Source of the DNA: Trichosphaerium sp. ATCC 40318
Taxonomy: Eukaryota > Protista > Tubulinea
Length of the DNA stretch: 64,000 bases
Direction: 5' to 3'
NCBI GenBank assembly: GCA_038496445.1
Contig: JALMLS010000255.1
Location: 62,001 to 126,000, forward strand
Part shown: piece by piece, positions 52,051 to 64,000 of the stretch
Layout: each line of letters opens with the position of its first letter
How positions within the stretch are numbered: position 1 is the first letter of the stretch
Made by a program: the position numbers and the translations under genes
Notes under the pieces: model-generated
What the model saw: only the letters and a program-made list of their open reading frames with translations
The model's database searches: none
Told to the model about the DNA's origin: nothing

Positions 52051-54007
52051 ATGCGTGCCATCAATAGAATCAGAGCGCAGCGTACGCGCGTATCAACCCA
52101 AAAACAACGCGTTTATGTCACCAAGCGCTATTTTGAAAATGCTACTACAAAGGAGTATATTTCAGGCGTTGTACCACCTAGAGGGGCCATATTCCCTACA
52201 AAAGGTGTGAGGGACAGTAGCTCAAAACTGCGCACTGACCTCGACTACAGCTATGAATTGGCCCAAGGGGAGCCAAAAGAAACAAATTGGAAAGAATTAG
52301 AAGATCTTCCAGAAGAAAATACTGCCCGCGAGCAAGGTTACGAATTTAACAACCCAAGCGCAGAGTATCAAGAAGACGTTGACGACGATATACCGACAGG
52401 CTTTACGTCTGGTGTTAGACAAATACCTCACCCTGATAAAGCCTTTAAAGGAGGAGAGGATTCCTACTTCGTAAGCGAACCGATAGGAGAGTTTGGATTA
52501 TCGAAAGTGTTGGGTGTATTCGATGGTACGTCAAACATCGTAAAAATCAACGTAGTAGCGTAGAAATGATTGTTTTCGCGAAGGAAAAGGTTTTAATGAC
52601 TTTCTATTCAGGTGTTGGCGGATGGGCTAATAAAGGCGTCGATCCTGCTGAATATGCAAATCTACTCGCTTCTGGATGCCGAGTACAAGCTGAAAAAGGA
52701 GAAAGTGATCCTGTTGAGGTTATGACTGCAGGTTGGAAACGTGCTAATGAGGTTCAAGGCAGTAGGTAATGATATTTTTTGCCTCTAATTCCACTCTTTG
52801 TTGAAAAAAAAAAAATTTCAGAAAAAAAACCTCTGCGTGTCGCCTTTGTTGTTGATTTTTATGCTTAAAAACAGTGTATATGTATAGTTTACTGTTGTGT
52901 TATTTATATACAACATAGTACTGCCTGTGTTGTGTCTTTAGAAGGAAACAAATTAAAATACGCAAATCTTGGTGATTCTGGATTTATGGTATTAAGACCT
53001 GTATTTAAACAAATGGAGCCAGGTCCTCTTGAAGATTATTTGATTAGTAAAATATCTTTTGATGTCAAAATCATACATGCGTACGTACCGAAAAAATTTG
53101 ACCTTTAGAGGGTTGCTTCTGCAATTGTCACGTGCAACAAAAAAAAAAACCTTAGCTTTCAACTTGAAAATGTTTCATTTTCTTACTAAAAGTACTGTAG
53201 ATCTAAAACACAGACTCATGGCTTTAATTTCCCATTTCAACTTGGTTTTCAAAGTACAGATACTCCTAAAAGCGCAGACAGTGGTGAGATTGATGTAAAC
53301 ACAAACGGTATGCAGCTAGAGTCGTAGCTGACATGACAAGACGAGTTTTTATTTTTTTGCTGTTTTTTTTCTTACTGCGGGATTGTGTCTGAACTTACCT
53401 TATTTCGCATTGTAGATTTGGTAGTATTATTCACAGATGGTGTATCTGATAATATATTCGCTGAGAATATTGTTGATTTAGTCGAAGATAAAATTCAGCG
53501 TGATGTTGATACAGGAGCTAATATTGATCCTGAGAATATCGCTATTGCTATCGCTGATTATGCATCTGATAAAGCACATGATAATTGGTTTGATTCACCA
53601 TTCTCTAGAGGTACATTGTGGTCCATACCTCACTTAAAACTTAACTTACTTAAGCCTTTTTTTTTCTTGTTTTTTTTCATTCTTGTCTTCTGTTCAACCA
53701 AACCAAAAAATAACGCTATGAGTGTTGCATTGCATGTAAGCGGTTGGTTGAGTAGTCTCAGGAACCCTCGAAAGGCTTCGCCAAGGAAAGTGTTTGACTT
53801 TTTTTTTTAGATGCAAAAAAACATGGCAAGCAATGGCATGGTGGTAAAGTAGATGATATTACTGTACTAGTAGCACGTGTAACAGGATATCCTGGTATCT
53901 CGTATCCAACACAGATTACACCTCGTAGTATGAATAGAGGTTCCATGCTGGAGCAATACCCTCAAGAAGACCTGTACATGCGTGACCACCCTGGAAGAAG
54001 TTCTTAA
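52051..54007 (+). CDS. PTC7: PP2C-family protein phosphatase, PTC7-like, predicted mitochondrial
   Basis: Arg-rich presequence; GEDSYF, GVFDGVGGW...GVDP, GSSTAC, ANLGDSG, FNFPFQLG, TDGVSDN, GGKVDDITV. Confidence 0.88.
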
Positions 54008-54426
54008 AGAAAAAACTTTCACATAAAACCTCACCCTTGGTGAAATAAATCACATTTTTTAACTACCCAAAAAAGCCGATGCTCCGTTTCCATTTTGCCA
54101 TTTTGGATTCTATTACTTGAACTACTCCACCACCAGTCATTGGTGTATTGAGAGGGTGTGAACTAATCCGCGTTAGCGTGAAAGGGACAACGAACAGTTG
54201 ATATTCTCATGTTATCTGTTGTCATGGACTATCCTTCACGTTTGGCTTTGACATTTAATTTTTATTGTCGGCGCGTAGTTGCGTAGAGCGAGTTATCGCA
54301 TATAAGATAGGTAGTATTCTGGTTATAGATACGAGTATATGCAGGATTATACAAACGTGTTTGCTTGTTTTTTTTCAACTACTCGAAAGTCAAACAGTAG
54401 ATAAATAAAAACCTGGTTTATTTGCT

Positions 54427-56721
54427 TTAAACTGTAGTAACGTTGTGTTCTGTTCTTATACGATTGATGTACTGCAATCTAAACTTATTGCTACGCACAC
54501 TCGCCATGAATTTTTTAGTGTTAAATGTACCTAAAAGTAACATTGAGTACTACAAACAACAACATATTAACAAAGAATCAATTATTGATTTTTTGGTTTA
54601 CGCGTAAAGCATACCTGGTTTATCTAATTTCCCGTGAAACGTTAAAAAACTCACAAGGTTAACGTTCTTGAGATCTGTTCGCTCTACAAAGTAGAGTTTA
54701 GTGAACGCGTAGACGGAAAAACAAAAAAATCAGAAGAGCTCCGCTCTTCGTTGAAAGACGTACGGCCATAAGCTTTTAAAATACAATGTGCAACTGTGTA
54801 CACTAGTGCGCAACCTTCAAACATTATAACATCCCATACTTGTAGAGCGAGTTGAAAATCCAGTACAGTTGTAAATAACCGTAAGTACCATTCTGCTGCA
54901 TACATAGGCGCATCAATACCTTCCTCACACTTAAAAAAAAAATCAAGTAAGCAAACAGTTTAAGCCGCAAAAAAAACCGTTGTTAAGTGGTAGCCGTAAA
55001 GTACAGAAAAAAAACTTGTTATTTTTCTCGTACGAATCGTTTGTATAGTTTTGGCAACCTATCTTCAAAAATCTTATTATGAATAGCAAAAGCTTGTTGT
55101 AATCCACGTAAATCAGGTGTATACATTGATCTCATGTTGTACTTTGGTTTATCAAACATGAGTTGGTTTAATATCCAAAAAGCATGTTCTTCCTCAACAT
55201 AGAACAAGATGAACGCTATTGAAAAAAATTAGGTTAGATAAAGTTTTTTCAAAACACACGTGTTGCAAACCGACAAAAAAATGAGTGTGAAAAAAAGTCT
55301 GCCATGGATACTTTGTCCTGCTCGTACCAACGATATCTGACATGCTTTGACAGTATCCAACCTCGGGATCTCTTGCAGCATAAGCTTTGAGGATATTAAA
55401 TAAAGACCGCTGGCTAAGCAAAAGTGTCAAAAGAAATACAACCAAAAAAGAAACAGAATAAAAAAGTAAAAAAAATCTCGCCTTCGAGTTTTCCACTTCT
55501 TAAGCCGTACCCGGGTCCATAGCGCTCAGAGAATAATGCATGATTTCTCCATGTTCTATTGACATCTTTGTCAATCTGTTTGGTAATATCAGCATTATTA
55601 CTATGCATGCTTTTTTTATTAACAAAAGCTTTATAAAGCCCACTATTTTCTGTTGTCAATTTACCAGCTGAAGTCATTTGAACCCAAGCTGTTCCACGTA
55701 TAGCATCAGGTAAACCATTATAAACTATACGTGCATTCATCATTCTAGTGAATCTATTTGTTGAACCAAAATCTGTCTGACGTGGAGACGCTTTCTTAGA
55801 AGCAGGATCCGCTGCAACAGGTGTACTGGTTTTAAACAAAAATTAACAAAAAAAAAAATCAAAGAAAAAAAAACACTAAAGAAGTGCTTGTTACTCTTCT
55901 TCTTGGAATCCAAAGTGACTCACGTTGTCTTTGAGTTATTAAACCAATGCTGTCTTCCTGCTTGTCTTATATTTTGACGTATTTGAACTGAATCTTTCCT
56001 CTTTATCATAGGTTGAGATGGCTCAACTGTAGCAAGATCAATTGTAGATGATGTTCTTCTTGTAAGTTTCATAGACGCATACAGAGGACTTATATCCTCA
56101 GAACGTTGAGCTAAAACATGTTGTAATGATATAGCAGTATCTTCATCATCATAACGACGCGCCTAACTGAGTTAAAAATGGCACATTAAAAGAAAACAGA
56201 AAATCTCTAAAAACTGATAATATCCCTTGATTTAGAAGCTCTACTTTCGCCGTACGTACATAATGTAACGCTGTGAGACCCTCTTTATCTTCAATGCTAA
56301 TATCAGCACCAAGAGAAATGAGCAATTTTACGCATTCCAAGTGTCCTTTTCTTGTTGCGCCGTGTAATGGTGTCCTGAAGCGTGTGCTTAGTGTTTTCGT
56401 AGTTTTTGTGCAATTTAGGGACCAACCTGCCAAGTTCGTTTTGAACGTTAATGTTAAAACTCTCTCGCTTTGCGAGAACCCTTATAGCATCACAATCACC
56501 GTTTCTAGCTGCCTACAAATTTTGTTACGGTGTAACGTTCGAAATAACTTCTTACCGTATAAACAGGCGCTTGTGTTCGTGGAGAAGGATTTTCTGGCGT
56601 TTCTAGTGATGATCTCCTTAAAGTCCGTCCAGCTGTGCGAATATTTGTTATTAACATTATTTACATGACTGTTACCTGGTTTACGGGTAAGGCGTGTAAA
56701 AAAGCCGTTTCCTGTTGCCAT
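54427..56721 (-). CDS. Ankyrin-repeat plus TBC (Rab-GAP) domain protein
   Basis: TPLHGATRKGHLECVKLL; GLPDAIRG.AW, QIDKDVNRT, VGYCQSMS, EEHAFW, VWD. Confidence 0.88.
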
Positions 56722-57080
56722 TTATGTTCAAATTAGCAGTTACAGACCCATATGGTATTATAATCGCGTTAAGACTCCACAGGCGTTGTCAGGAAATAGA
56801 AAAGCTCGTAAATATCCCAAAACGCTTAACTAGTCTTAGTATTATTATAAAACAATACTCTAGTTGATACAGTACCACTTCTGTATAAAGATAGTCGCTA
56901 ATAAATGCTAAAACACCGAAAAATCGCTGGTACGAAAGTACACTGTAGTAAAACGCTGTTTTGCTATTGCCTTTTGGAAGTGACAATATAAGCTAACTTA
57001 ACAAGTACTCAAGGCCCCATTTCGGTGACATTGGCCACTACTCGACCGGAAAAAAGTTTTGTAACGATTTTATAGCAAAA

Positions 57081-59208
<2,128 letters not shown>

Positions 59209-59519
59209 AAATAAGATATTAAAAAGGTATTGTCTTGCGAGACAATACAACAACACAATTTTAAAAAAAAATCACAAAGAGATCTAATGTAGAAAAAAAC
59301 CCAAAAAAAAAAAGCCCAATATAAATCTGTTGTTGCACGTGATGGTTACCAAAAATAAGTACATTGCAAGAGAATCATTTATTGGCTCTACAGCACTGAA
59401 ATCAGCGAGACTGAAAAAAATGTTACAGTTGGTGGCTTTTGTGACAGTCAAATCATTTAAAATACATTGTTTCGTTCAAATCTTGCGTAATTGGCTCTCT
59501 ATGGTGACTTTGAGAGTTA

Positions 59520-62500
59520 ATGAAGGTTGTAACTCTCAAAACCGTCAAAAAGCGTTTATTGAGCGCTCTTCATACAAAACAAGTACGACACTACGCCGTT
59601 AAAGGCAGTAGTGATGAAAATAGTGTATTTCTACAACAGGTATCGTTTTTACGCCCACAACGCCTCTACATTATCATATACCCACGTAAATAGGTGAAAT
59701 CGCTAGAACAAGCGCTTAGTATTTCAAAATTATCTGATTGGCACTGTGTCAAGTTAAAAGACGTTAAACAAGCTGGTTTCATCGATTTATTACGGTAATT
59801 AGAGGGTTCATGTGTAAAAAGCTAACAGCTTTTTTTTTTGCCAACAGCCCATACCAATACTCAGTTTTCCACCTTTTGTGTGCCGCTTATCCTTCAGTGA
59901 CATGGTACTTATGGGACTTTGGTATGGTGCCTTCTTGTGCAGTACAGATATCTCATCTTTTGGGTATTTAGAGAGCGTGAAGCCCGTATTTTGGAGAGAT
60001 GAAAGAAACGTAGTTCAATTTCTGGAAGAGGTATGTACTGACATTCTTATTTTTTTCCTGTGATTTGACAGTTGGCTTAGTATGGAAAAAGAAACTCTTT
60101 AAAGCATGCGATTGACTGGAAAAATATACAGATTGACGACTTATTATCTGTTGGTGGAGACTCTTTGATGCAGTACGCAACCAAAGGTTCAAAAAAAATA
60201 CTAATTTTTTTTTGAAACAAGGCATTTCTCGTCACGTCATGAGATTCTATGTACTGCCTTTCCGAAATTTAAATGGAGAGAATGGATAGTAGGTATGTGC
60301 ATATAATTGAGGTTTGTTTATGAATCTATAATTGGTTTTAAAAGCCTAAACGAAAAAGGTCGAGTTTCATTCAATTTTTGGTCTGATACAACAAACAGAG
60401 ATGACTTTGTTAGAGACGTACTGTGTAGATTTTGATTTCTATTTTGAGTTATCTAATATGTTGATATTATTAGGCAGAAGATGTTCTCGGTATCTCAAAC
60501 ATAAAGGATTGGTACAAGTTCACAGGGAATGATATATCAAATCTCAAAGGAAATGGACTTTTAGAAAGGCAAGTAAAAAAAGATCTGTCCTAATGTTTAG
60601 TTCTCATAGACTTATAGGTATGGGACTTTTCCTGCCCTGTTAAAAGCTGTTTATCCTGATTTTGAATGGGAGATTTGGCGTTTTGGTAATATACACTTGA
60701 CGCGTGGATCAACATGTTTTATTAATGTTTTTTTGTTTAATAGTACGAGCAACTCGTTTTTTTTGGAATGACACTGACAGTAGTGCGCAATTTTTAACTG
60801 TGGTACGCACACATCAATCGATATGCGTTTTTATCGTTATGCTTACCTTATCAAACAAGACAGAACAAAAATTAGGCATAACGAAACCGGATGAGTGGTA
60901 TAAGTTCAGCGCTGAAGATGTTCTTGCACTTGGAGGTGCTGGGTTCTTAAAGTGCGTCTGAATGTTTCCATTTTAATTGTAATAATTATGTATAGACGTC
61001 ATGGAGGATCTTTGCAAGAAGCCCTTGCATATGTGTATCCAAAAGAACAGTGGCAAGCTTGGAGATTTAGTATGATTTTTTTCTTATTATTTTCTTAAAA
61101 GTTTTTAATGTCTTCAGAGAGGGTCACGCGAAGCTTTTGGGCTGATGATGATAATATAATAGAATACATCAAATACGTACGTTATAAAAAAGGCAGTAGA
61201 AAGAGATAAATACGGCTGACATATCAAAAAAAAAGGTTGAAGGTGTTCTTGATATTAAAAATCTTGATGACTGGTATGGTGTTTATGTTGACGATCTCAG
61301 AAAACACAAGGCAGGAGGACTACTGTAGTAAGTTGGTCTTAACCTTACATGCATTAAATTGATCAATTATTAGCCGATTTAAAAGCTCTGTGAGAACATT
61401 ATTGGAGTATGTATACTCCGAGCACAAATGGCAGTTTTGGAAGTTAAGTGAGTATTATTTTTTTTCTAATTTTGGACTTACACTTGAAGGTGATGCTGCA
61501 CGATACTTTTGGTTTGATAAATATAACCACTATGTTTTTGTTAGAGAGGTATATAACTGTATATGGTTTTCTGGAAAAACTGACTAAAACAAACCAAGCT
61601 GGAAGATCAACTTGGCATTCAACAAATAAGTGATTGGTATGCCTTAACAACTCAGGAATTAAAGTCCATGGGCGCAATAGGGATCCTCAAGTGAGTAATA
61701 TAATACTTAAAGTCGCGTTAAGGATTTTGTTAGGCACTATGATGGGAAGATTGAAAACTTGATGACTGGGGTTTACCCTGACTATGATTGGAACTCAAGA
61801 TATTTTAATAGTTATTCAAGTAAGTTTTGTATCCTCGATTTTCAAGGTTGTATGGTGATCACGTGAGTTTATTTTTGTTGTAGAAAAGATACCATTTTTG
61901 AGGTTCACTAATGCGACGATAACAAGTGTTTGGAACAACACGGATGTTAGAAATCAGTTCATAAGAAAGGTTGGTTTTTTTAGCTCATTTCGTTTTCGGA
62001 CTTCATTTTTTAGCTTATTTTGAGCTTAGGTCGAGCATCAATTAAAAATAAATAACTTATCGGATTGGTATAAAGTCATTCCTAGAGATCTTAGACGATT
62101 AGGTGGTACTAGCCTTTTACAGTATGTCAAAATGATTCCCCCTTTTTTTCTTTTCTCAAAAAAAGTGTAAAACGTAGCGACTTACGCAATCAACAGGCAT
62201 TATGGTCAATCAGTGCATGAATTATTGAAGGACGTATATCCAGATCAAGTATGGGATATGTCTGAATACTCTAAAACTCTTACAGCAGTACCTCCAAACT
62301 ACTGGAGTCGTAAAGAAAACAGGAAGAATTTTATGATTGAAGCTGAAAAACAGTTGAAAATACAGGATCTATCTGATTGGTATCGTGTTTCAGAGCATCA
62401 TATAGCCATGTTAGGTGGAGGTAGTATACGTTATCACTGGCCCGAGGTTGTAAGGGAACTACATCCAGAGGTATCATGGGATATGGAGAGGTTCAAACAA

Positions 62501-64000
62501 ACAGATAAAAAATCAACTCAAAGGTATCGTTCAGCTTTCGTTTTTTGGTTCTCGTTCTGGTTCTTTCTTATTCGAGTTTAGATGGCTTTTACTTTCTCTT
62601 GAAGAAGTGTTAGATGGATATGATTTAGTAGAGGAGTATAAACTTGGAGTAGAAAAGAGTCAAGTTATAAAATCTATATCTCTTGATATTTTTATTCCAC
62701 AACTCAATGTTGCTATTGAATATCAAGGTCATCAACATTATTATGATATTCATGGTACATATGGCCCAGCTTCGGTTCAAGAGACAAGAGATCTAAACAA
62801 GAAACAACTTTGTAGCGAATACGGTAACAACCATACATCAACTCTGTTTTTGAAAAAAAACCCGCCCTAACCGAATATCTTTATCTTTCACGTGCTCACT
62901 GCTGACATGTGATAGGTATTACAATTATTCCTATTCCTTTCTGGTGGAATCCTACTGATAAAGAAAGTCTAGCTGCTACTATAGATTACTACTTGTACGT
63001 AGCAGAATACTGTCAACAAACCAACTTGTAACTCTTTTAGACCTGATTCGAATGCGACTCGTTTTCCTTACCCAAAGAATACACCACCTCTTCTTCTCAT
63101 GCCTGATTCAGTATCTCGTAAAGGTAAGAAAATGCAGACCATTAATAAAGGTAAACCAATCTCCGTAGTGAGGAAAAAGGAGAAGATGACATTGCTTAAA
63201 CATTATGATCCAAAAAAGGATTACACCGGTTGGTATGCTTGTCAGCTATTTTGTAGACTGCTTTTTGTTGATTTGTGTACAGGATGATTTCTGAGAAGCT
63301 TGATGGTATACGTGCTTTATGGGATGGCGTTGATTCGTTATACTCAAGATCTGGAAAGCTCATACCTGCACCAACCGAGATATCTAGCCTTTTGCCAAAG
63401 AATATTTCACTTGATGGAGAGTTGTGGTATGTATTATCTTGCTTACACGTGATTTTTTATTTCTTTAAAAGTTTATTTCTTTTAGGCTTGGTCACAACAC
63501 ACGAGAGACCTTACATGGTCAGTTGTATAAGAATAAACCAGATTGGAACGGTATGTGTTCTGAAGAGCATTGGTTTTTTTTTTTTTCATTCCAAAGTTGT
63601 AATGTTTTTGCTTTGTAGGTGTCAAGTTTATGGTGTTCGATGTTGTGATACCCAAATTACCTTTCAAAGGTGTGGTTTTAAAGTATGATTTCTTTAAAAG
63701 TAACTCGAGATAGAACGCTATGAACGCTTAAAGGAAATTATTAAAGAGTTAAACTTGCCTTGGGTTCAATGTGTTCAGGAGCAATTCTGTCACTCTCGCT
63801 CGCATGTATCGCAGCACCTAAGTTCTGTGACTTCTATAGGTGGCGAAGGAATAGTATTAAGAGATCCGCAAGGGATGTACATACCAGGTCGTCATGAAGG
63901 CATTCTAAAAGTAAAAGTGAGTGAAAACTTTTTTACAGTCGTTGCTTCTTTTTCTGCTTCTGTACCTTTCTTTGCCCTCCTAACATTTGATATCTTCAAA
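59520..64000 (+). CDS. Predicted mitochondrial protein: 8 tandem ~75-aa repeats, PD-(D/E)XK (Vsr/DUF559/RAP-like) nuclease, ATP-dependent DNA ligase; 3' end beyond window
   Basis: Manual splicing gives an open frame up to the ligase region: MKVVTLKTVKKRLLSALHTKQVRHYA presequence; repeats E..L.I..L.DWY...GG.GLL..Y...LL..VYP...W..W.F...FW.D..N; LDIFIPQLNVAIEYQGHQHY; SEKLDGIRALWDG, LDGELW, FMVFDV, GGEGIVLRDP, LKVK. Confidence 0.85.

Noticed and set aside
59694-62500. CRISPR-like or DNA tandem array
   Set aside because: Periodicity is at protein and exon level; there are no identical nucleotide repeats

Overview
AT-rich, intron-dense eukaryotic genomic DNA, probably a free-living protist (amoebozoan-like; inference). 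Most ORFs in the track are exon fragments, so genes were reassembled by eye across short GT-AG introns and boundaries are approximate. Ordinary genes: two CLU-domain genes, GT61, a metallophosphoesterase, GH3 beta-xylosidase, ATP-grasp enzyme, nitrilase, PTC7 phosphatase, ANK-TBC, TMEM144, and an intron-containing AlkB-type alkane monooxygenase. A complete Mutator-like transposon with 9-bp TSD lies at 11287-15349. Two rearranged accessory zones (about 15.4-24.5 kb and 36-48.5 kb) share individually inverted duplicated blocks, intronless MORN-variant and LRR genes of possible giant-virus origin, pseudogenes and microhomology-joined patchworks. The standout is the last gene (59520 to beyond the window end). 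It encodes a predicted mitochondrial presequence, eight tandem repeats of about 75 aa built from three micro-exons each, a PD-(D/E)XK (Vsr/DUF559/RAP-like) nuclease and a minimal ATP-dependent DNA ligase in one reading frame: a candidate repeat-guided cut-and-rejoin enzyme for the mitochondrion.
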